A DNA stretch of 64,000 nt, from assembly GCA_010093815.1 (NCBI GenBank), contig ML996584.1; one strand, given 5' to 3'. Below are positions 43,877 to 56,131 of this stretch, piece after piece; position 1 is the stretch's first letter, and every line of letters begins with the position of its first letter. A program made the position numbers and the translations under genes. Under the pieces are notes generated by a model, which was not told the origin of the DNA, did not search any database, and worked only from the letters and a program-made list of their open reading frames with translations. Origin of the DNA: Pseudovirgaria hyperparasitica (lineage: Eukaryota).

Positions 43877-45741
43877 ATGTCTCACGAAGAGGACCTCATC
43901 GACTACGATGATGAGGAGTTCCAGAATGAGGCCCCTGCCAACGCAGCGACCGGAGCAGCCAACGGCGAGCAGAAAAAAGGCGACTTGATCGTCAGTGGAG
44001 GTGATGCTAAGGGCAGCTACGTCGGTATCCACTCAACGGGTTTCCGAGACTTTCTCTTGAAGCCGGAGCTTCTACGCGCCATTACAGATTGCGGTTTCGA
44101 ACATCCTTCGGAGGGTTAGTCACTCATTCCCATCAAGCATTTTGCCCTCTTCCTAGGCGCCCGTCCACATCTGCGACCTAGTCCACGAGCAAAAAAAAAG
44201 AGTCAATATCGAGGCGATACAAGTCTATCCAGAGTAGCTGGATGTTTGGCGGTTGAGCATGTCGAGATCATGTAAACCTTTTTGTCGTTTACCGCCCGAA
44301 ACCTATATTCATATCTCGCTCCTCAGCGCTTTGTATGGGTTGAACCCTAAAGACATGCGGCGTGGAAAAAAAGCTGGTCGGTGTCAATAAGACGATCTGA
44401 GCAGCTTGTTGACCTTGGGTCTCTCGTTGTGGTGAAGAATCGCATGCAAGGCAAGATGGATAGACTCGTGGACTTGCAGATTGGACTGGGCGCCGCGCCC
44501 GAATGCTTCTATCGCTTCTCTTGCTACGATCGTATCTAACATCCGCCTCTCGAACAGTCCAGCAAGTGTGCATTCCTCAGGCTATCCTCGGTACCGATGT
44601 GGTCTGCCAGGCCAAGTCCGGTCTTGGTAAGACTGCAGTCTTCGTTCTGGCCACCCTGCAGCAGCTCGAGCCAGTCGCCGGCGAAACCTCAGTGTTGGTT
44701 ATGTGCCATACTCGCGAACTTGCATACCAGATCAAGAACGAATATGCTCGCTTCACCAAGTACCTTCCCGAGGTCAAGATTGCCGTCTTCTACGGAGGTG
44801 TCAACATGCAGAAGGACATCGACATCATCAAGAACAAGGATACCCATCCTCACATTGTCGTTGCCACGCCTGGAAGACTCAACGCTCTCGTGCGCGACAA
44901 GCACCTTCGCTTGGGAAACATCAAGCAATTTGTCCTCGACGAGTGTGACAAGATGCTTGATCAGATTGGTGAGTTTGTTGCAGTGATTTGAATTGTTCGG
45001 GATGGTTTGCTAACCCGGGCACTAGATATGCGTCGCGACGTTCAGGAGATATTCCGTGCGACGCCAACTCAGAAGCAGGTCATGATGTTCAGCGCCACCC
45101 TGTCCCAGGAGACTAGGCCCGTCTGCAAGAAGTTCATGCAGAACCCTCTCGAGATCTATGTCGACGATGACACGAAGCTGACCCTTCACGGCTTGCAGCA
45201 ATACTATGTCAAGCTGTCGGAGAGTGAGAAGAACCGTAAGCTCAACGAACTTCTTGACACTCTCGAGTTCAACCAGGTCATCATCTTTGTCAAGAGCACG
45301 ATTCGTGCCACTGAGCTGGACAAGCTCCTGAGAGAGTGCAACTTCCCCAGCATTGCTGTCCACTCGGGCGTACCCCAGGAGGAGCGGTAAGTCGGACCAA
45401 GTCGTGGAGTCGTGCAATTGCTAATTGAAAGTAGGATCAAGCGATACAAGGAATTCAAGGAGTTCAACAAGCGTATCTGTGTTTCTACCGATGTGTTTGG
45501 ACGAGGTATCGACATTGAGCGTATCAACCTGGCGATCAACTACGACTTGCCAGACAACGCTGACTCATACCTCCACCGGGTCGGACGTGCAGGACGATTC
45601 GGTACCAAGGGTCTATCAATCTCGTTCGTCAGCAGCGCAGAGGACCAAGAGGTGTTGAAGTCTGTTGAGAAGCGGTTTGAGGTTGCACTTCCCGAGTTTC
45701 CCGAGGCCGGTATTGATGCCAGCACGTACATGGCCTCATAA
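43877..45741 (+). CDS. SUB2: DECD-box RNA helicase Sub2/UAP56 (mRNA export)
   Basis: Exons 43877-44114, 44558-44968, 45026-45386, 45435-45741. Motifs: [68 protein letters not shown]. Confidence 0.97.
44156..44494 (+). other. Putative structured RNA element inside SUB2 intron 1
   Basis: The 5' and 3' arms of the intron are complementary over several nested helices (details in findings). Confidence 0.6.
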
Positions 45742-48700
45742 ACGCGGCAAGATGACGCGACGACAGAGGCGTGAGCAAGATACAAAAAGGCGTTTGAAAC
45801 AATTCTTCACATGCGCGAATGCGTTGCAATTTGTCGTTTATTGGCTTGACATGTACTCTACACTCATATACTTATCTTTTGTGGATGGGATGAACGGATC
45901 GTGCCGGTCCACTGGGGCGCACCAGGACTCTCGTCCCGATGCTTTATGTACTAGAGTAGAGCGCGCCGGATAATTCAAATGATTTGCAATGTAACGAGGG
46001 TCTGCGAAGGACATGTGTGACTTGGTATACACGTGAATGACATGACTGACCGGCTGGCTGACTGACTGACTACAGGTCACCAGAGCCCTGACTTTGGAAG
46101 TATGGTGGTATCTGGTCATGTCTAATGTAGTGTGTAATTAATTGGTCGAGCTGGGATTTTAGACGATAGGATAACTATATCAAAAAGACTTATCAATACT
46201 ACTAATTACTGTAGATAGCGGAGATGACGGCGGTGATGACCAAAAACAAAACCATGCCGAATCTGGAGTCGTCTGTCTGGCTGTCTGTCTGTCTGTCTGT
46301 CTGTCTGTCTGCCCGGACAGCCAGCGAACCGCGAGTCAGGCACATCCATGCACCAAAACCCGACCTGCCCACGGTAGGCCAACCAACCACTACCATCCCT
46401 TTATTCACAGTGGGCATGAAGACAGACATGTCTGGTCTCCCAGGCAAATTAGTGATTGTGGTCGTCGCCTAGGATCGATGCTTTGTGACTGACTGCACTC
46501 TGTGCCATGACTAATTATGGCTCGTGTTGTTGTTGTCGTCGTCGTCGTCGTAGTAATGGATCAAATGTCCACTGCCGCTGAACTGTTGTTTGGCCTGGCA
46601 TGCGCGCAGTCAGGGGAGGGGGGAGGGGAGGGCATTCATGTATCCAAATATCTATCTGCACATTCGAATATCCATGGAAGTCTTTGCAGTCTGACGACTT
46701 GTTACAAAATGATGCGCTGGCACATGCGCAGCTATATACTGCCTGGTCTTCGATGGGCGTGAGAGAGAGAGAAAAGGTGGAAAAAGAGAGGCAGTTAGCA
46801 GCTAGACCCAGCTGCGGCTTAGCTACTACGTAGGTACTGTCGGGTGGGTGCAGCGGGGCAGATTGAGGCGGCTAGACAGGCTAGAGTAAGCTGTCTTGCC
46901 TGTCAAAGCTGGCAGCCCACACTACTGCCAAGTACTAGGTATCAACCCACGCGTAGAGCGGTCTGCATAGGTAGGTAGGTAGGTAGGTAGGTAACGTAGG
47001 AGGCTCCAGCACTCCAGTACCTATAAAGAGAAAGCTTAGGTACAGTGACAAGCCACCACCACCACCACCACCTACCACCAGCGGACATGCGCACAGCCCA
47101 GGAAAAGCCATCGCTTATGGCTAGTTTCTAGCATGCGTGTGTGCGTGTGTGTGTGCGTGTGTGCAGTATACGATCAAGACGCAAAAACCGGATTTTTATT
47201 CTCTATATTTTGTTTTTTTTGGAGGGGGTTTTTAGGTTTTTGAGGCTTCTTCCAAACCAACGCACTAGGGTAGTTGCCAGCCAACGAAGGTCGATCCTTT
47301 GTGAAAGAGTCGTTGTTGGAAGAGCGGTCAGTAGGGGGCTGGATTGGAGTAGATTGGAGGATTGTGGGATTGGGTTTTGGGGGTGAGGGAGAGGGAGAGG
47401 GAGTAGGACAGTTGGAGGTAGCACTATAGTATATACAATCGCAAGCAAGTACTTATAAGACACAAAACAGACAATTAGCACGACGTAGAATATTCATGAT
47501 CCAGTGTACTATATGCAGTCTAGCGAAAAGCTCTGCAATAGCAGTAATAAAAGAAAGTGAGAGACGAGACGAGACCACGATGTATAATGTGGTATGATGT
47601 GGTAAAGTGGAGTCGAAACTTGTACAGTACATGTAATTATCTACGCCGGCCCGCCCGCCGCCGCCATGGACGAAAAACCGGCTTGCACCAATTAATTAAA
47701 AAAACGAAGAAGAAAAAGCCAAAAAAAAGGATGAAATTTCAGGAACAGGCACAGGATCACGAACAGGGAGGGAGGGCTGATACAGATTTTGGCTCCGTTT
47801 CCCGCATTTTCACGGGACATGGGAAAGTTCGCTCGTATACGGACGGCACAGCAAGCTATAGCCTTTTTCCTAGTCACTATTCATCGATAATTATCATCCT
47901 TATTATCGTTGTTATTCTTATTATTATTATGATTATTATAATGAACGGGCCCGTGTCGCGTCACGTCACGTCGCGTCGAGAGTGTTGGCGGGTTACTGTA
48001 GTTGGCAATAAATAGCAAGGAATTTGATTATCCATTGCAGATCTAATTAGTCTTGGCTCTGCGCACATACCCTACCTGCCTACCTACCTACATGCAGATG
48101 CAGCCAGTTGAGCGGGAATCAAGGTTTATGGCATTCCGCGATGCACGATAGGACAGGTCGGGATAGGGGGGCAGTCATCAGTCAGTCAGTCGGTGAGGTG
48201 GGTGGAGCCCAAGCTTGCTGTGCTGCGGGAGGATGATCATCGACGTGTTTTTGGCATTGGCGTGGCTGCTGGGTGCTGGGTGCTGGGTGCCTGGCTGTGA
48301 ATGGATCGTGTGTCGTCTTATGGTTGTTGTTGTGGAATCGGAGAGCGAGGTGGGTGTTGATGGATGATGGGTATATGGATGGATGACGATGTGACGCGCG
48401 CTTGTAGACGGACGGACGCCCGTGTATACTACTGAGGTTCGTTGGGTCCCACGCCTCTTTTGTCTGCTGCTATATTGACACCACACACTACACACCACAT
48501 AATACAAAAGCACATCATACAGAAATCCTGAAACCACAATTACCGTGAGCAGGTATTTATTGGTGGTGGTGGTGTGCATGTAAGGCTTCCCTTCCTTGCC
48601 TGGCTGGTCTGGTCTGGTCGTCTATGTTATCGATAACAGGCAGCTCCACTACTTATCCATCCCGCTCGCAGTGGGTGGAGAAAAACCATCGACATGGGGG

Positions 48701-51531
48701 ATTTGCGTAGTGTATGTATGTCAAGGCAAGATGCACATTATTATCAAGTACTGTAATTATCGATAGTCTTCGGATGGATGGATTAGGTTTCGGAGGTTGA
48801 AACGGTTGTTACTACGGTGTCGTGCTCCACGCGTCCCGCAATGACTTATGTACTGTACTGTACCAATAAAGCACACACACACATACAACATATCAGACTG
48901 TTGGACGTCGTACTGTACCATTCCTCAGTACGACGTAAGCACGCTGCCTGCCCGTCGGTCGGTCGGTGGCGCGCAGAAGGCGAGTCGAACACACGCAAAT
49001 CGCAGTGCTCCAATTGAGCAAGCACTAAGATTGCAACGGACGCTCCGCAGGGATGGGCAGGGGGGCCCACCGCCCGTCCATGACCATGACATGACGGCAA
49101 AAGCTTGTACAGACAGTGAGACGTTTTTTTTCCCAACAAAGAGGAAGAAGAAGAAGACCAGGCTTTTCGTGCATTGCGTGTCGGGTGCGTGTATGCGTGT
49201 GTTGGGACGCGTCGTGTCGTGTTGTGTCGTGTCGTGTGTTTTCTAGTAGGACGTGAAAATATTGACAGGCCTAACCAAGACTCGCGGGCAGGCATACATA
49301 CAGACAGACGCGAACGCGGCATATCTGCACCACGCACCAAGTAACAAAACCAATGCTCCACACCGGGAGCTCGGAATATTCGGATGTACAAGGATTACAA
49401 GCACATCAAGCACAGCAAGCATGAAGCACATCAAGGCACATCCACATCGTAAGCTGTATGTCATGTATGTAGCGAGGCGAGGTTTCCCATGCGCCAATCC
49501 GTCTTGCGAATGCTTCGCCAAACGGTCGAGTGGGTGTGTGTGTCTCAATGATGTATGCAGACGCGGCTGTAAGCCCGATCACCGTTGGGGCCACCCACCA
49601 GGCGGCCGCCCCAGCAGCCGCCTGAAGTGTTCGTCCGAGGACAAGACCGCCCGTTTTTTTGGCTTCTTCTTTTCTTTTTTTGACATTAGATTTTTGACAC
49701 TCCTTCTGTGGCTAGTGTTGTTGCAGATTGAGGCGAAAACGGGATTGGCGTGCTGCACGTAGCCGCGACTACCAGTCAGATCCAACGGCAATAGTGTAGT
49801 CGGAGTGGAGACTGACAAAGGAGGCAAGGACACGCATTAGGACAACACACCATAATAGTATAACTGTATTACTCTACAGAAGGGGAGTGAGTTCTCGCGG
49901 GATGGTTGACTGACTGACTGACTAGAGCTGTAATTGTGCGTGTCGCAGATGGGTGTACCGCATACAGCAGTGGAGAAAGTGTCAAGAAGGATGATCCCTG
50001 CAGGCGTTAGAGGGGATGATGATTTGCAGAGCTCTGGCCAGAGTTTTGAAGGGGTTTGAAGCGCGCCATGATTGTGGATTGATTATACAGTTAATTACTT
50101 GTATTTTCGCATATTACATCTTGGTACTTATCGCATGCGCCGCCCACGACACGTTTGGGTGAAGGGGAGACACTAGCGGAGGCTAGCACGAGGAGGCGAC
50201 GTCAACTTTTTTTCAGCATGGATCACGCCAATGCTATCAAGGAGATAGGCGGCGTCGACAGCAACAGAAAGGTAGATTGATGAGAGTTGTAGAGGAAGAT
50301 TGTGGTGATGTTGAGAGTGCGCATGAGTGTCCGCCATCTCACCATCATCTTATACATGAACACGCTGGACTCCTATAACGTCACTCCAACCGTCCAACCG
50401 GGCAAATTACAGCTGTTCGACTCTCAACAGAACAACACGACTGTGCTGTATGTACTGTACTGGCTGGTAATAGCTGCAAGCTGCCATTTCAATATTGCCA
50501 ACATGCCATTCCCGTCTCCTTGTCGACGCTAATCCATCCCCAATCCGCATCGTTATCGTCCTAATAGCAGACCGGATTAATGTAATAATTAATGGCTGGG
50601 CTAAGAACTAATTACCACGTACACTCTTTGCTCGCTCGCTCACTCTCTCTCTCTCTGCCTGGGCTGCTGCTGGCTGCGGTGAGAGGTGATAGCGCAGTGT
50701 GAGAGAGATGAAGTGGCTTGGGCGATGACAAGGGGACGGCCAAGCTGCCAACCTCCTCTCACAGTGTGAATTAGTGGAGGGAGCTGGCAACTGGTTACTG
50801 CCCACACTGCTAATACGCCAACACTCACTCACTCACTCACTCCCCTACTCTACTACTACTACTATTACTGCTCTACCACTCTACTACCACTACCTACCCA
50901 CCCGTAACGTAGCTAATTACTGACCCCCATCCATCCATCCATCCATCCATCCGTCGTGCATCCGTCTCTCCGCCTCGTCCAATTCACACAATCTTTCTCT
51001 CCTCTTTCTCTTTTTCTCCTGCGCCTACTACTCACCCACCTACACCACCACTATCCCACATTCGTTTGCATTCACCACCCAATACTTGCACTCTCCGTTG
51101 CCGTCCTCCTCTTTTCTCAACGGCGGTGCTTTCCATATCCTTTGCCCGTTTGTCCGTCCCTCCCAGCGACCATCCACCCTTCTTTCCTCGCCAAACAGGA
51201 CCGCCCTGCTCCCGCGTCGTCCACCACCACCACCACGACCACCACCACTACCACTGCCACCACCCTTCATCTGCTAGAACACCGTCCTTCGTTTATTGTC
51301 GTTACTCGACGAACGCACATGTCGGCGACTCTTCTCCTTCGTCGCCCGGCTCGTTCATTCTGATTATCTTAATCACCTAATTAACAATCATCGCCCATCC
51401 GCCCAATCCCGCCACGACCTCCCTGTCCGTCCTCCCTTCGATCTCGGATTCCCCTTCGATCTTGAATTGCCTGTCTATCCCACTCACAGACCCTCCATAC
51501 TGCCACTGGCAAATTTGAAGCGACCGTTGTC

Positions 51532-54167
51532 ATGGCGCCTAATGCACCACGCCTAAAGATCCTGTCGGGTGAGTCCTCTCTCGACTAATTTCCTGCATCT
51601 CCTATGCGACCCACTAATTCGCCCTCGCCACTGCTCTTCACACGCTACAACTGATGCTGTTGCCAATGCAATGCTTGCAATGCTTCCTCTGCTTCACCTC
51701 ATCAACCGTCCATTGACTCCAGAACCATGCTGACATACTGTGTAGTCGGCGGAAACGCTGTATCAGCCTTCTTGTCCTGGCGATTACAAGCAACAAACGC
51801 GTGCGATGTTACATTGGTGTGGAAGTCGGGCTTTGAGAGCGTCGCACAATACGGAATCACTTTCAAGTGAGCTACACGTCATATTGCCAGCCAGTCATCA
51901 GAGACTGACAAGTATTCCAGATCAAAACTCTTCGGCAACGAGAGATTCAAACCGTATTCAGGTGCATACACCAGCCACCCATCTACACACGATGTCGCTA
52001 ACCATAACCAGTTGTACGAACACCTGAAGACGCTTCTCATAAGCGCAGCCAGCCTTTCGATTATGTCCTCCTCTGCGTCAAGGCGCTTCCCGATGTCTAC
52101 GACTTGGCCGCTGTCATTGAGTCTGTCGTGCAGCCCCAGCACACATGTATCCTCATCAACACAACATACACACTGGGCGTGGAGTCGTATCTGGAACAGA
52201 GATTTCCGACGAATGTCGTCCTCTCTCTAGTGTCTGGTGCAGAAATTCAGCAGCTGGGTCCGAGCGAGTTCGAGCACATGGGTGCTACAGATATCTGGGT
52301 TGGCTCAGCCAACAAGAATCCCGCCATACCTGCCTCAATACAATCTGACATGGCGGATGCGTTGGCCATGACATTGAGCTCGGGTCAAGTCGATTGCAAA
52401 GTATCACCCAACATTCGACAACAACAATACGAGAAGATGATTGGGTAAGCTTTCCGGTTTCTGGAAGAGTTCTCCAGTACGCTTACACTTTCTAGAAACA
52501 TTGCTTTTCATCCTGCCAGCGTCTTGTTCGAAACGCCAAACCACAACGAGCTCTTGGAGAAAGTTGGTGTCAGACCATTGGTCACTGGCATAATTGACGA
52601 GTTACTCAAAGTCGCCACTGCTCAAGGCTGCGTATTTCCCACGGATTTCGCACACAAAACAATGGAGTCGATGTGTATGCCACAGGAGACCAACAGCATC
52701 ATGTACCAGGATTTTACAGCAAGACGACCCATGGAAGTGGAAACTTACCTTGGCTCCCCCATGAAGCTTGCCCAAGAGGTTGACATTGTGGTGCCTCGCA
52801 TCGAAACGATGTATGCAATGCTTCACCACATCAATCTCGCCAACCAGAACAGAGCCACGGCGCCTCCGTCCCCGACGACGTCTGTAGCACCACCTCGTAT
52901 GTCATCCATGCCTCCGCCGCGTGGGCCTTCAAACGGTGGTGGACCCATGAATGGCGGCTCTATAAATGGTGGGCCTATGAATGGCGGACCAATGGGTCCA
53001 CCACGAAACGGGCCCAGACCAGGCAGTCGAGCGCCGTCAATGACTGGTAGCATGGGCCCACCCATGAGACGTGGTCCCCCGCCAATGAACGGCTACGGAC
53101 GTCACCCAAACGGTCACGCCTATCCCGGTCCACCCATGCAACGGAGGCCATCATTTGAAGGAAACGATCTCGAAGAGTTCAGCCATCTTGTCCTATATGA
53201 TGACATGCCGGAAGGTGAGATGGCCGGTGGTGGTGGTGGCTACGGTGCTGGGAACGCCGATATCGCGCTCCGAGAACGTGAATTGGCTATTCGTCAACGC
53301 GAATTGGCTCTCAAAGAACGCGAGATGCACATGCGACGTGGTGGCGGCGGCGGCGGCGGCCGAGGGAGAGGCATGGCACCGTCGGCAGGGTTTGATGATG
53401 ACGACGACGAGGATGACTATTTTGACGCAATGGGTCCTTCTCGTCCGACTGTCGACACCGACAACTTTGATATGATGAGTGTTACCTCTCGTCGTGCAAG
53501 GAACGGTCCTTCTGCCAGTCAAATACGGAAAAATCCCGAATTGATGTCCCAAGGACGAGCAAGCAGGAATATATTTGGCCGCCCGAAAGCCAACAAGAGA
53601 ACAAGTGCGTCACTTATGGCCGACGTGCCAGGGCTGCATGATTCTTTGATGAATAATCCATTGATGGGCTACTCTTCGAATCGGTACGGTAACGTTGATC
53701 GGCAAGCAATGGGCCAAGAATCGCGAACCAACTCTCTTACCGCTTCTCGCCTTGATGAACTTGGCGGTGTTGGCGGCGGCTCATACCCGTCCATGTCACG
53801 ACGGACAAGTCAGTCGCCTGGCAATCCGTTTGGTCCAGCACCGGGGCAAAGAAATGGCGGACGCCCTTCACCGCCCAACGGCTACTTCCCACCTGGCGGC
53901 ATGAACGGACGACCATCTCCACCGGGCATGAGGCAGCCAGTACCTCGATACCCACCAGGTCAAGGAAATGCGGTAGCGCCTCAGCAAGTAGAACAACACG
54001 CAGGGGTGAGCAATCTCTATCCGCCCAAAGCTGGTCAAGTTCGCAGTCTGACTGGAAGTGCGAGTGCTAGCGCGGGGAGTGGTGATAGTGCACGAATCGA
54101 CTCGGAGAACTCTGCTCACAGCAGTCAAAGTAGCCTCGGGCCTCGTCCCCCGATTGGCGTTCGATGA
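51532..54167 (+). CDS. Svl3/Pam1-like protein (ketopantoate reductase ApbA-like fold plus a long disordered C-terminus with a coiled coil)
   Basis: Exons 51532-51568, 51746-51866, 51921-51961, 52012-52444, 52496-54167. MAPNAPRLKILSVGGNAVSAFLSWRLQ...FDYVLLCVKAL...SIMYQDF..RRPMEVETYLG; ALRERELAIRQRELALKERE coiled coil; Pro/Gly/Met-rich tail. Confidence 0.8.
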
Positions 54168-56131
54168 ATCTACAGGGAATCATAGCGACAGTATATGGCA
54201 TCGTACTTGGAGTAATTGGAATCTGGCCGTCGACTCGCCTTTCTCACAACCTTACATTAATGACCATCCTCATACGCCTGCTGCGACTTCTTTTGCGCCC
54301 GCCCCACCTTCGGCTACTTCCGCCTTGATACAGCTGCAGCCGTATGTCATGCATCATCATCAACGTTGTCGAATTTCGAACCATTCCGCAAAGCACTATG
54401 GCGATTTGCCAGGTTTCTGGGCACTACATTTCAGCGCGAACAACAGCAAGCATGATGACACTACCACGAAGCGGTGGCTTTCTTTGAGTTTATTCCTTTA
54501 TAGTAACGACATAGACCAATTTTGGGGTGTGAGAGAGTGAGTGAGTGAGTGAGAGAGGGTGGGCAGACAATGTCTGCGTGCGTACTCTCGAGGCTGAAAT
54601 TTCCTATGTACCCTTTTTTGCCTTCGATCGTACACATTTTCACGATTGGCGACATTCGGCAATTCTCCAGTGGGCTAGTAGAACCACTTAATTATTCAGC
54701 ATGGAGGGAGGAGGAGGAGGAGGTCAAGGCCAAGTGGAATCAAAAAAGCAAAGGCGCCGGATTTGTAGAGGTGGCAAGCTGGTCAACAAAGAAGCCTCTT
54801 GGCTTCCAAGGCATTTGAACGGCTGACGGCAGGCCAGAGATGGCGGCAGCATGTCGGTGTACTATCTATATCCTCTTTAAGCTGTCGGGGAACAAGGACC
54901 AGGGATGGGCAAAGAGGGTTTGACGAATCCGGATGCATATGGCGATAGGGGTGACAGGCAGGTGGATGAGAGCGCTTATAAGCAGAGCATACATATTGGA
55001 TCAGCGAAATGAAAGTCGGAGCAGTCTGACAGCATTTACATTTTTAAGGATATTGTAGAGAGACAGAGAGAGAGAGTGTGTGAGAGTAGCGAGGGTGGAG
55101 AAGTGCACAGAAAGGCCAAACATTAGCGATATGTATATTCCGTTGGTTCAGCACCACCAGGATGGGCGTGACAGGCGAAATGCATGGCGACTGTCAAGAC
55201 GATGATGGATTACTGTTATTATGATAATGATGTTGATGATGATGATGATGATGATGTCGAGAAATGCTTTGCCGAGCGGGGTCCTCACTCACAAATGTTT
55301 CTAGGCGTCTTCTAGAACGTAAGATGATAGAATGATAAGCGTGGGATTCTGCAACTCACCACACACACACACCTCAACACTTTCCTGCATCACCGTTTTG
55401 ACACGACGCCTCAATTGGCTCTCCTGCAAGCAATCTCTCGCTCGTCCTGCACGTAACAGCTACCAACCTTGTCTTGTCCTGTTTATGGATCCTATCTTGC
55501 ATGCCCATCCAGTGATCTCATCACCGACTGGCTTGTCTGTTGAAATTCTCGCTCATATACCCATTGCTGTGCATACTTGTTCTGTATCCACGGGACCCGC
55601 CAGAGAGAGACCAGAGACGACCCCAGCAATTAACGGCGACTCAGACGCGCCCAATTGAAAGACGCCCCCCCCTCCCTTGACTCGTTCAAACACATTTCCG
55701 CGTTGTCTTCAAACGTTGTTGCAGGGCGGGCTCGAAAGAAGCCCAGCCCGAGGGCCGCAGATGTAAGTCTGCCGTCCGCCGCTCTGTTCAACCGGATTTC
55801 CATCTCTCTCTCCTCCAGCCAGGCCTGTTCGATCGCTGTCGTGCTCTGCCTTGTGCTTGTTCAATTCCTTCTGCCGAGTCTGGACCACCTGTCTTTGCAT
55901 CCGCTTTCGCGGCTTGACTATTCACTTGGCTTGGACTGGCTCCGAGCTCCATCTGCCCCGCAGTGTTCTTCCGCGTCTACTACTACTACTACCCCTCCGT
56001 TGAGTTCTACTACGATTACGACTACACCACGAGCTCCCTTTGCCGCACACGACAGGACTTGCTCTGCTCCATACTCGAACGAGGAAGAGAGATACGACAA
56101 GTCTTTCTACAATTCGGGCACCCAGCGCAGC

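Noticed and set aside
44190..44460. Specific C/D or H/ACA snoRNA call within the SUB2 intron
   Set aside because: A CTGA is present (~44397), but I found no convincing RTGATGA box C or ANANNA hinge, so it is left as an unclassified structure.
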